Below, one piece after another: positions 41,453-51,283 of a DNA stretch of 57,815 nt; within the stretch, counting starts at the first letter, position 1; every line of letters starts with the position of its first letter. Below the pieces are notes generated by a model. That model worked only from the letters and a program-made list of their open reading frames with translations, did no database searches and was not told the DNA's origin. The position numbers and the translations under genes were made by a program. The DNA is from an uncultured virus (IMG/VR IMGVR_UViG_3300015608_002806). Lineage: Duplodnaviria; Heunggongvirae; Uroviricota; Caudoviricetes. The stretch lies in IMG/VR virus record IMGVR_UViG_3300015608_002806; one strand, 5' to 3'.

Positions 41453-41791
41453 TTAATCCTTCTTGCAATTGTCTAAAATGTGTCTAAATACAAAATTAAA
41501 ATATTGTGAAAACATTTCACATTGTTTTTTTGAAACTGGTTTACATTCGTGTATAAACCCCCAACAATCAATATATGCTTTTTCAAGAATTCTTTTTGCA
41601 ATTACATTATTAATATATTGTTGTTCAATATGAAATGAAAATCTTTCTTTGGAAAGACCAAAAAGAGATTTGTATATAGATTTACACAATTTGGCACTTT
41701 CAAAACAATCCAAATCCCATCTAAGCTCTCTTTCGCAGAGTGAGAGAAATGAAAATATTTCAGAGACAACAATCCAATTGTGTGTTTTCAT
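41453..41791 (-). CDS. Hypothetical protein
   Basis: 112-aa ORF. Confidence 0.55.
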   Translation of the reverse strand: MKTHNWIVVSEIFSFLSLCERELRWDLDCFESAKLCKSIYKSLFGLSKERFSFHIEQQYINNVIAKRILEKAYIDCWGFIHECKPVSKKQCEMFSQYFNFVFRHILDNCKKD

Positions 41792-42250
41792 ATTTTTTTA
41801 TTTTTGTTCATCAATAAGGATGAAAAATATTTTTTTTGGGGCAAATATCAGTATTAAAAGTTTTAGAAAATTTTACAATATCGAAACAAACACCATGATA
41901 TATTGCTTTATTTGCAAAATAAATACATTTTGTTTCTTTTATATAAAATCTAATTTCAAAATGTTCTTGAAATAATCTTACAAATATTTTATTGTTTTTA
42001 TTTGGTTTTTTTGTCATTTTAAAAAGAAACAAATATGGATTTTTTATTGATTTCAACAAGTGTATCAAAATATTGCTGAATATAAAAACATTTTTCATAA
42101 CTTGTGCGACTTTCTCTTCTGTATAGAAGACTTTCATAACTTTTATATAAATCCAAACTTGTAATTGGATTTATATAAATCCTTATACAAATTGCATGGT
42201 CGCTAATATAAAAAAATATTTTACTATTTTCATCTGGTCGTTTGTTTGTT

Positions 42251-42679
42251 TTATGAAATTTTTTCATGACACAACTGTGAATCATTGGTGGTATAAAAAA
42301 TGTTTGAAATATTGTAATGCTTGATTGCTGCCATGCAAGACAAACAAGGTCTACACATAGCATGATTACCATTCAAGTCAACTCTATAAACATAAACAGA
42401 TGCATTTTCAATTTCATCCAAAGAGTGATATCGCAAAGCGATAGTAATTGCGTGCATTTCTGCATGAAGATAGCTATTGATTGCCTTCGCGACACCCTTT
42501 CTTGTCTTTACAATTGAAAACTTGTTTTGAAGCGGATGGCTCTTTTGCTGATTGAATCCAAAGTATCTCTTCCCACACTTCAAAACAATGACGCAGCCAA
42601 TCTTGTACTTCGCATAATTAGAAGAAAAAGAACAAATCTTAGCTTGTTCCATGAACTTCTGGTGCTTCGTCAAAAACAT
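42251..42679 (-). CDS. Zn-dependent cytidine/dCMP deaminase family protein
   Basis: LHAE...CRPCLSC; IGCVIV; NIFYT. Confidence 0.85.
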   Translation of the reverse strand: MFLTKHQKFMEQAKICSFSSNYAKYKIGCVIVLKCGKRYFGFNQQKSHPLQNKFSIVKTRKGVAKAINSYLHAEMHAITIALRYHSLDEIENASVYVYRVDLNGNHAMCRPCLSCMAAIKHYNISNIFYTTNDSQLCHEKIS

Positions 42680-43004
42680 TTATTTCCTCCCTGTATTGCA
42701 ATGCGTTTATAATTGATGCCTCAAGTGTTTCTAAATTTTCTTCACAAACAATAATAACTGGAGCATCTAAACTTGATTGATATAAATTCCAATGAGAGAA
42801 AACAAATCTATTTGGTACATCAAGTAACATTCTTTCTTTGTTTGAAAGTTTTTCATAAACCTTCATTGACTCTATCCATTTTTGATTTAATCTAAAACAT
42901 TTTTGAATTTTTCCAATATTAATACCATCAATTACAACAATAAATTTGTTTTCATTGTTTAAGCCAAGAACAAAATTACTTTTAATTGGAAAAAGTTTAA
43001 TCAT
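42639..43004 (-). CDS. Hypothetical protein
   Basis: 121-aa ORF. Confidence 0.55.
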   Translation of the reverse strand: MIKLFPIKSNFVLGLNNENKFIVVIDGINIGKIQKCFRLNQKWIESMKVYEKLSNKERMLLDVPNRFVFSHWNLYQSSLDAPVIIVCEENLETLEASIINALQYREEINVFDEAPEVHGTS

Positions 43005-43169
43005 ATGTTTTTGATATACTGTGGTTCGTTACAAAATCATTTTTGATAATTGTTAAATTATGTCTATAGAAAAAATCTATATGTCCTTGATAAAAATCAA
43101 AAATAATTCGTTTATTTGAACAATAAAAATGAAAAACAAAATCATTGAGTTTTGGTGTATATATTTTAA

Positions 43170-43694
43170 TCATTTTACAATGAAATTTTTCCCACCAAAA
43201 ATAGCTGATTTGATTGTTCTCAGGTCAACCAATCTGATTTCATTATTGTTTTCCATATCAAAGAAGATTAGTCTTCCATTTGAATTGGTTGAACCTTTGT
43301 GATATCCAACAATCAATCTCTCTTTGTCTTCTTTTGCTTCCTTAAGAGCTTGTTTTAACACACTTGTGGTTTTCTGTTTTGAATTTAAATCACTCGATTT
43401 AATTAATGAATTGAAGCTTTCAATGATGTCTTTGTCTTCAATTTGCTTGGTAAAAACAATTGTCATTGCTGTGTTTTTTGCTGAGAGAATTTCTTTTACA
43501 AGTTCCTCTCTTGACATGTGTTCATTTCCAAGTGAATCATCGTGTGCGAAATTAAATTCAGCTTCAATGATATTTTTATCAACTTGCCAAGTTTGGCCGT
43601 CTTGATTCTTTACCGTAACAAATGTTGTTCCAACATCTACGACTTGACCAAAAGAGATTCGTGAAAAACAATCATTTTTTTGAAGTTTAATCAT
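43170..43694 (-). CDS. Hypothetical phage protein
   Basis: 174 aa; MTIVFTKQ...ERLIVG...GR...RLVDLRTI. Confidence 0.75.
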   Translation of the reverse strand: MIKLQKNDCFSRISFGQVVDVGTTFVTVKNQDGQTWQVDKNIIEAEFNFAHDDSLGNEHMSREELVKEILSAKNTAMTIVFTKQIEDKDIIESFNSLIKSSDLNSKQKTTSVLKQALKEAKEDKERLIVGYHKGSTNSNGRLIFFDMENNNEIRLVDLRTIKSAIFGGKNFIVK

Positions 43695-43697
43695 TTT

Positions 43698-43985
43698 TTA
43701 ATTCCTTTTATTAAGTTTTTTAATTTCTTGTTTGATTTTGCGGTATTTAAAATATTGTCTAATATGACCAAATAAAACAAATGGCCAAAGAAATGATACA
43801 ATTAATAAATTTTGTTTTCTCTTTTTTTTATCTTGCAAAATTTCAATTAAAAGTTTTTCATCTTCGGTTTTGAATGGTTTTTCATTTATTGCTTCAATTG
43901 TTTCGTTATACAAATCATTTGCATAAGACCAACAATAAATGTATCCAAAAACATAACAAACAAAAATAATTAATTCTAATGTCAT
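43698..43985 (-). CDS. Small membrane protein
   Basis: Two hydrophobic segments, including FLWPFVLF. Confidence 0.65.
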   Translation of the reverse strand: MTLELIIFVCYVFGYIYCWSYANDLYNETIEAINEKPFKTEDEKLLIEILQDKKKRKQNLLIVSFLWPFVLFGHIRQYFKYRKIKQEIKKLNKRN

Positions 43986-43996
43986 TTATTAACCAA

Positions 43997-44373
43997 TCAT
44001 TTTGGATATTGTTTATTGGAATTTTTAAAATTTGCGTTTACTATTCTGCAAATTCTTTGATAAGAATTTTTGTATAAAATAAATTCATTATGTAAATAAA
44101 CATTCATGCTATGAACACAAGATGCTTCAATGTTTTTGTTGTAAAAACAATAAGCAATAAAGAATTTAAAATCACTCTTGTATACAATTAACATTCTGGA
44201 TACTCTTTGCAAAGATCATAATGTTCTGTTTTTTTTATAGAATTGGATAATTTTGTATAAGAATTTTTATATATTTTAATATAATTGTTAGTGGAATAAT
44301 TTATTTCTATATTTTTATTTTTAAAACAGAAACAAAAGCAAAATGTTTTTGAATTTTTGTATGTTATTAACAT
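43997..44373 (-). CDS. Tandem paralogous mini-ORF pair
   Basis: MLI.YK...F...CF.NKNIE...YKNSY in both. Confidence 0.7.
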
Positions 44374-44384
44374 TTTTTACACCA

Positions 44385-44441
44385 TGCAAACATGCGGGAA
44401 TTGTGGTCGTAGGGATAAACCGTAATTCCCGCATGTTTGCA
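44385..44441. repeat. Perfect 18-bp inverted repeat with 21-nt spacer
   Basis: TGCAAACATGCGGGAATT / AATTCCCGCATGTTTGCA. Confidence 0.9.
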
Positions 44442-44659
44442 GACAAGAGCGACAAAAGTGCCAATAAAATGACGACTATGACGTTGTTGTATCTTTAAAT
44501 TCTAATCTTTCAAAAATTGGCTCAACATCAACAATAACAGGCATTGAAACAATAAAATTGTCATTATATCTTTCATATTTCATAACAATTTCTGGTATTT
44601 CATATGCTGCCATATATTTGTGAGCCAATTCTTGTGGAATTAGAATTTGGAACTCAGAC

Positions 44660-45013
44660 TCAATCATTTTTTAATGAATTATTAATAGCAAATCTTGCCC
44701 AATCAATAAATTTGATGACCCTATTAGGGAAAAAATGAATTTCTTTGTCAAAATCAACAGCGTGTTTCATCTGTTTTGACCAAAAATCAAAGAAGGACCA
44801 ATTTGTGTTTTCTTTAATATGGCTTGATAAAATTTTAACTTTTGTCTCAATTTGAGACAATTTTTCGTCCCAATATTGAGGATCTTCAGCAATTACATCT
44901 TCATCCGTCTCACAATGTTCTAGCTCCTTTTTGTGAGAGGCAATGTTTTTACGCAGAGTACAAGCAAGCTCACAAATTGAAAGACCTTCACTAAGAATTT
45001 CTGATTTACGCAT
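44660..45013 (-). CDS. Hypothetical protein
   Basis: 117 aa with AGGAG RBS. Confidence 0.65.
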   Translation of the reverse strand: MRKSEILSEGLSICELACTLRKNIASHKKELEHCETDEDVIAEDPQYWDEKLSQIETKVKILSSHIKENTNWSFFDFWSKQMKHAVDFDKEIHFFPNRVIKFIDWARFAINNSLKND

Positions 45014-45078
45014 AATATTATAATCTCCTGTTGTTTATTGTTATATTGATATTAAGACAAGTTAGACACAAATTAAAT

Positions 45079-45196
45079 GATCAAAAATCACAATGCTTCA
45101 ATTAACATTGAATTCAACTCCACAATTGATGTTTTAATTGATGACCACATTGTGATTATGATCTCATCCAAAAATTAAAAGTTAAAATTTGGATGA
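45079..45196. other. Two adjacent imperfect hairpins in an intergenic region
   Basis: AATCACAATG/CATTGTGATT, TCAATTAA/TTAATTGA, TCATCCAAA/TTTGGATGA. Confidence 0.55.
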
Positions 45197-46003
45197 TCAG
45201 GTGTACGTTTTACTTATGAAGTAGTAATTTGAAATATTGGTTTGGTTTATTAAATAATTTGACAAAACCCCCAAATAACCATTTGAACGACAATAAATTG
45301 TGAAATTTATTGCTGGTATGCAAAAATATAACCTTGATGTTTTATTAATAATTATTTTTGTCATTTTGATATGTTTTGACTGAGTGATCTTTGGTTGTAT
45401 AATTAATAATTTGAATATTAAAATCTGCTGCTATATACAGATAGAAATTAGAATAGAATTCACGATAAATTACGAGTATTCTATCTTCTGTGGCAAAATA
45501 AAGATAAATTGTGTTTTTGGAGATTATTGTTTTGTCATTTTTTTAGTATTTTTTTGTAAAAAAAGCAACATTCCAATAAAAATCATAACATGATATATTA
45601 AACTCTTTGTTTTTTGATATATTTACACAAAAAAATCCATTATTGTATTTTTGCGTAATGTTTTTTGCATGAGAATATTGAATTCTTATTTTAGATGATT
45701 GAAATATTTCAATTGTTATCATTTGTTTTTATATGTTTTATTAAATTCTGCAAGAAAATCATAATCATCTCTGATTAGAATTGTGCATTGTAAAACACGT
45801 TCAACACAAACACAAATTGTTTTTTCTATTTTTTTAATGCAATATTGTATGTGAACTTCATTTGCATAACCTATATAGCTTGGATTATTAAAAATTTCTA
45901 CAATAATCATATAATTATATTGTTTTTGTAAATTTTAACTAATTAAATTGTTTGTTACAACAATTTTGGTTACCCAGCTTAGACCTTAATTGAAAATAAT
46001 TCA

Positions 46004-46486
46004 ATGAGCTGGAAAGGAAAAATAAAAATGGGATGGAAGCGTAGATTTGGTGAATTAGAATCGGCAACAAAAGTAGTTTCAACAGCTACTGGAACAACTG
46101 GTTTACAAACTTCATATTTTAAAAATGCTCAAATGACCAGAATTCATTTTACTGGTTCATCTGTGCCATTTGTTCTTAATCATGATTCAAGTGAAAAAAC
46201 AGAGTTTGTAAAAGTGTATTATGGATGTAGCTCAGCTTGTTCGGCAACATTTCAAATTGTCAATGCATCAAATGGACGAACTATTTTGGGTGCATCTGCA
46301 CCTCTTTCAGAATCAAATGGTTCAATGATAACAACCCAACTTTATACAGCTACATTATCAAATGATAAGGGTCTATTAACTGGCTCAGGTGCAACAATTT
46401 GGATGCTTTCAGGCACAGTTTCTGGCGCAAGCCCAACATTTAATCCATTATTTGTTCATGTATTTTGGAGAAATTCAACAACTTAA
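46004..46486 (+). CDS. Ser/Thr/Gly-rich beta protein, probable virion component (only credible + strand gene)
   Basis: No competing - strand gene; GGAAAGGA RBS before ATG 46028; followed by its own terminator. Confidence 0.75.
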   Translation: MSWKGKIKMGWKRRFGELESATKVVSTATGTTGLQTSYFKNAQMTRIHFTGSSVPFVLNHDSSEKTEFVKVYYGCSSACSATFQIVNASNGRTILGASAPLSESNGSMITTQLYTATLSNDKGLLTGSGATIWMLSGTVSGASPTFNPLFVHVFWRNSTT

Positions 46487-46514
46487 TTTATTTAAGTTAT
46501 TGTCTTGTTTTAAT

Positions 46515-46544
46515 AAGGCCAGATTAATTTCTGGCCTTTTTTAT
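46515..46544 (+). terminator. Rho-independent terminator at a convergent junction
   Basis: AAGGCCAGA/TCTGGCCTT stem with a T-run. Confidence 0.8.
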
Positions 46545-46623
46545 TAAAAAATATACAAATGTTCTTCATTGATTAGATGTCTTACACCAAGAAAATCTTT
46601 TTCATGTTTGAACAAGATTTGTT

Positions 46624-47250
46624 TTAACACATTGGGCGATGCTTTCGTGTTTCCATTGCAATATTATAAATTTCTTGATAAGTTTCTTTTGCAAGAAGAA
46701 TTTTTAATTCTTCATCCCTATAGATATTTTGTTTGTTTACAATCATTTCTTCATTGCCAGAAGTGTTGTTGTAATACGGCACAAGACTTAATCCAATTTT
46801 ATCTTTATTTAGAATAAATTCATTTTTTGATAAAATTTTCAACATTTGATTAATGTTTTTAGATTTACATGTTGTAATTGGACAAGAAATATAATCAAGT
46901 GTTAATACTTGAGGAATAACATTCATGTCCAAATCAAACAAACAATGATCATTAAGCCTTACATATAAGACATTTTTTGATGTTAATGATTTGGCTTCCT
47001 CTAGTGAACTAACAGAATTCTTATACCAATTGTCTGAATTATGAAATGGATTTTGTGTTTTTAAAAAATTTTGAAAATTATCATCAACAATAACAGGATA
47101 AACTTTGCTTGATTTTGATTGCAACAAAAATGTTTCTTTATTTTCTGTCACTTTGTGTTCTAAATAAATATCTTCATTTTCTGGAAAAAGTTGATAATAA
47201 TCAATTGATGTAATAATTTTACAGGAATTAAGTAATTTCATTTTGTTCAA
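46624..47250 (-). CDS. Hypothetical protein
   Basis: 208-aa ORF. Confidence 0.65.
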   Translation of the reverse strand: MNKMKLLNSCKIITSIDYYQLFPENEDIYLEHKVTENKETFLLQSKSSKVYPVIVDDNFQNFLKTQNPFHNSDNWYKNSVSSLEEAKSLTSKNVLYVRLNDHCLFDLDMNVIPQVLTLDYISCPITTCKSKNINQMLKILSKNEFILNKDKIGLSLVPYYNNTSGNEEMIVNKQNIYRDEELKILLAKETYQEIYNIAMETRKHRPMC

Positions 47251-48569
47251 TCCTTCTTATAGAAGCATTTGATATAATCCTTTAAACAAAAATTAGAATC
47301 ATTAATAAAACTTTTCATTTGATCTAATGAGTATGTTTGTATCATCACCTCGTTTACATATTTTACATGTAACACAATAAAACTTCTAGGTAGAAAATCA
47401 TAATATACTCTGTAATTATTTCGAGTTAAAACTATTTGTATCATCATCATATGTTTGTATAATTAAAATTGTGTTATGCAATGATTTATTAAGTGGTTTT
47501 GTATATCTTTCTAATTTTGTCAAATTATCTTTCGTGATTAAGCTTTTATTTAAATGAAGTAATTCATAAAAAATTATATAATAATTTTTTCTTAAACTAA
47601 GGAAGATCATTGCATACCAATTTTAATTGTGCAGATTATATGATAATTAATATTTGTTATAAATATATCTTATATGATATTTTGATTTGATATTTTTGTT
47701 TGTTGTTGTATAAAACACTTCAGAAAGATTATAAATTTCGATATTTGTTTTTTTGTTTTTAGAGTTTAATTTATCAATTAAAATATCTAATGATTTGTTT
47801 GAGAAAATAAATACTATTATAGTATATAAATTTTTATCTATTGAAATTTTTAACATTTTATTGATAATTTTTTATCATTATAAATTTATTATTTTTCTCA
47901 CAAGCCATTTGTATATAATTAATTAATGTCTGATATGTTCTAGTTTTATTAGAATTAATTATTATAATTGAATGAAATATTTTTCCAATGTTTAAAATGT
48001 CATAATAAAGAAAAATTTCAGTATTGTTTTTTATTTCCAAACTAAGCATATTAGTTAATATCTTTTTTGAATGGAGCAATGAACCAATTAGTTTTAATTG
48101 GGAGTTCATTTTCTTTAACTTCAATTGAAAACAAATCAATTCCATTTGATGGAACATTTGACATTGCTGGGAATAATTTGTTAATAATTGAAGTTAAATC
48201 TTTATATTCTAAAGATGATGTATCGCCATATTGTTTGATTTGAGCAATTACGTCTGAAATAAGAGAGAAGAGAGTTTGGATTTCGTAATCAGAAAATTTA
48301 ATTGATGTATTTGACATATTAACTTAACTCCAATATGGAAATTTTATTGCTTGATTTGATAAATAAAAATATTTATTTATATCTATATTATTTATTCTTA
48401 CACAAGAATATCCAGATTCAAAAATAAAAAATCCAATAACTTTATTATTTATTTTAAATACAGAACAAATAGAAAGTGGAACATAAGAAATATTTTTATG
48501 TCTTATATAAATAAATTTGTTTATCTTTTTTTTATTTTTCCAAAATAAGAATTTTTTATATATTTTCAT
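47247..48569 (-). CDS. Mini-ORF cluster plus one 88-aa hypothetical (48051-48317)
   Basis: MIFLSL/MLKISI/MLSLEI starts, YY(D/E)(F/I/L)L motif. Confidence 0.55.
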
Positions 48570-49733
48570 TTAAAAAGCTGATCTTAAAATTGATTTAAAA
48601 TCAAAATTCTTTTTTGGTTTTTCTTCAATTGTTAAAGTAAAACCTTCATCATTTTTAAAGATTAAAACCTTACCATTATTTGAAATATGATCTAAATCTT
48701 CACTTGAAAATTCTGCATATCCATTGTTAATTGGTGAATCGCTTGCCGTTTTTTGTTCTTTTTCCCATTTTTCATATTTTTCAATAAAATTATCATCAAT
48801 ATCTAATTTTTCATCAATTTCATCCTGAGAAAATGGAGTTTCTCTTTTAAAATAAACAGAAAAATTATATGATGAATCAGATAAATCAAAATTCACTAAT
48901 GGTGACGAAATATTAATTTTGCCATCTTTGTGTTCAAGCATGACTACATTGTATTGCTTTAATTCCCTTTCTAAATTAATATTTAAATATTTCAATGAAT
49001 CACTAACAGATTCATTATATCTATTCATTTCTTCCACAATTGCTTTCATCATATCAAAATTAATATTACGACACAATTCAGCAAAATTAACTAATTGTGA
49101 AATTTTTGATTTGTCATTTAAATTATCTTGAGCATATTCTTCAACAAATTGAGACGGCAAACAACGATATTCAATATGATACCAAATTCTTCCTGGTCTG
49201 TTAAAGAAATAATCAGGAAGATTATATGGTTCATTGCATGTTAATAAAAATAATTTTTTGCTGGGGAAAACACCATCAAGTAATGTAAGTAAATTATCTT
49301 GAGTTTCTTTTTCTGAGTAAATTTTTTCCACTTCATCAATTAAGATGATAGCTGGCTCCATTTGTTGGAGCATTAAATTAAATTCAGTACCAGAAAAAGG
49401 TTCAGCAATAACAATTGTTGGTAAATTGTTATTAAGACCATATTCTGAAATTGTTTTTGATTGAAGTGTTTTACCACTTCCTTTTTGTCCAGACAATAAA
49501 ACAGCTGTGCTATTTGGTCTATCCCAAAAAGTTGAAACGATTTTATCAGTTAATTTTGCATTGTCGCCATAGCGTTTTTTTGGTAAATTAAAATTATTGA
49601 TTTTTTCAAAGAAAAAACCAAACACGTCTTGTCTAAGTGAATAAGTTCCAATTGGTAACTTGTCACAAAGTTTATAGTGCTCAGCTTGAGCCATTCTAAA
49701 TTTATTATCAGTTTGTTTATAAGAAGTTGACAT
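48570..49733 (-). CDS. AAA+ ATPase
   Basis: GQKGSGKT, LIDEVEK, LLTLLDG, NRPGR. Confidence 0.9.
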   Translation of the reverse strand: MSTSYKQTDNKFRMAQAEHYKLCDKLPIGTYSLRQDVFGFFFEKINNFNLPKKRYGDNAKLTDKIVSTFWDRPNSTAVLLSGQKGSGKTLQSKTISEYGLNNNLPTIVIAEPFSGTEFNLMLQQMEPAIILIDEVEKIYSEKETQDNLLTLLDGVFPSKKLFLLTCNEPYNLPDYFFNRPGRIWYHIEYRCLPSQFVEEYAQDNLNDKSKISQLVNFAELCRNINFDMMKAIVEEMNRYNESVSDSLKYLNINLERELKQYNVVMLEHKDGKINISSPLVNFDLSDSSYNFSVYFKRETPFSQDEIDEKLDIDDNFIEKYEKWEKEQKTASDSPINNGYAEFSSEDLDHISNNGKVLIFKNDEGFTLTIEEKPKKNFDFKSILRSAF

Positions 49734-49793
49734 AATGTTTTAAGTCTTAAATGTTAGTTTTGTGTTACAATTATGTGTTTTTAAAAAAAATAT

Positions 49794-50201
49794 TTATTTA
49801 ATTTTTTTTCCATTTTTCCAATATTCTTGTGTTATTATATTTCCATTTTGATCATATTTAATATAAGCAGGACCATTATCGTTATGACGTTTATTGTTTG
49901 TCCACCATTCTTTATATGAAACATTTTCATTTGGATAATATCCAATACCAGCAGGACCATTCTCATTATGTAATTTATTATTTATCAACCATGCTTTATA
50001 TTTAATATTTCCATTTGGATAATATTCAATTTTTGTTGGCTTATTTTCTTCGTCCTTCAATGAATCAATTGATTTATTTTCTGGTTTGCTTTCATTTAAA
50101 AGATTTAAAACACCTTCAATTATCAAAATTTGTTTATCTGATGATAATATGTTGTTTGTTTCATTTAAAAAATATTGAATCCATTCATTAAAATTATTCA
50201 T
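49794..50201 (-). CDS. MORN-variant-like repeat protein, two units
   Basis: Third paralog, with a closely similar leader, the same RBS as the 10384 copy and a QEYWKNGKKIK end. Confidence 0.85.
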   Translation of the reverse strand: MNNFNEWIQYFLNETNNILSSDKQILIIEGVLNLLNESKPENKSIDSLKDEENKPTKIEYYPNGNIKYKAWLINNKLHNENGPAGIGYYPNENVSYKEWWTNNKRHNDNGPAYIKYDQNGNIITQEYWKNGKKIK

Positions 50202-50212
50202 TTTGTTTCCTT

Positions 50213-50701
50213 TTAAATTTTATTATTAAATCTTTTTACAAAACGATCATGCAAAACAATGCTGCCAGCAACACCGACATTTAGACTAATTTCACCAGCA
50301 ATTTTAACAACATGATTGCATTGCTTTAAAATTGATTCTGGAATTCCTGAATCTTCTGCTCCAAGCAAATAAACAGCTCTTTCTGGATGATTGAAATCAT
50401 GAATCCACTTTGCTTTTTCTCCCATTTCAATGGCAACAATTGAAACATTTGGATGAATTACACTTTTAAATTGTTCAAATGTTTCAAATGAAAAAGTTGG
50501 TACATGAAGATGAGATTTTGTTGTGTCACTTTTTTGGGCTTTGTATCTTTTTCCAATTGTAAAAATAAAATCATTTCCCCAAATAGCAGCAGATCTTAAC
50601 AATAAACCCATGTTAATTTCTGTTTTTCCATTGAAAATTCCAATACCAGAATATCCTTTTCCTTTAAAAATAGATTCATTAATTTCTTTAAACTGGAACA
50701 T
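50213..50701 (-). CDS. SpoU/TrmH-family RNA 2'-O-methyltransferase
   Basis: NMGLLLRSA..G, YLLGAEDSGIP, SLNVGVAGSIVL. Confidence 0.9.
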   Translation of the reverse strand: MFQFKEINESIFKGKGYSGIGIFNGKTEINMGLLLRSAAIWGNDFIFTIGKRYKAQKSDTTKSHLHVPTFSFETFEQFKSVIHPNVSIVAIEMGEKAKWIHDFNHPERAVYLLGAEDSGIPESILKQCNHVVKIAGEISLNVGVAGSIVLHDRFVKRFNNKI

Positions 50702-50710
50702 ATTATATCC

Positions 50711-51283
50711 TTAAAATTTTTGTTTAACAATATCCCAAATAAATTCTGCAATTTGCTCTATTGATTGATTGGCATTTATTTCAATCCAATTATTTTGTTT
50801 TCCATATTCTTGATGTGTTTTTTGTACAAAATCAATTAATTCATTGTTTTGTTCGTGTTTGTGATTTGATTCTCTTGAATCAAGAAATCTGTTTCCAACA
50901 AGCAAAAATGCAATGTCTTCTTTTAGAAGATTGGAATTGATTTGTTTAAGAAAATTTTCATCAACACCTGTTGAGATTCCCCAACAAATGCCTGTCCCAG
51001 TATAATCTTCAGCTACAATGTGTGTAGTTTTTAATTTATTAATTAATGTTTCTTGATACTGAACTCTATCAAGAACATACAGCAATTGAGCTTCTCTTGT
51101 TGAGAGATTAAATGGATTGTTGTGTCTTAGATAATCATTAATTAATTTGCCAAATGGTTTTTCCTCATAATGAGGATATTTAATGTATTCAGCTTTTAAG
51201 CCTTCATTTTTTATTTTTTCAACAAGTAATTTAGCTTGAGTGCTTTTGCCTAAATTATTTATTCCATATATAGTTATGAACAT
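50711..51283 (-). CDS. tmk: Thymidylate kinase
   Basis: GINNLGKSTQ P-loop, KYP, LYVLDR, AEDY at the DRY position, HE in the lid. Confidence 0.8.
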   Translation of the reverse strand: MFITIYGINNLGKSTQAKLLVEKIKNEGLKAEYIKYPHYEEKPFGKLINDYLRHNNPFNLSTREAQLLYVLDRVQYQETLINKLKTTHIVAEDYTGTGICWGISTGVDENFLKQINSNLLKEDIAFLLVGNRFLDSRESNHKHEQNNELIDFVQKTHQEYGKQNNWIEINANQSIEQIAEFIWDIVKQKF

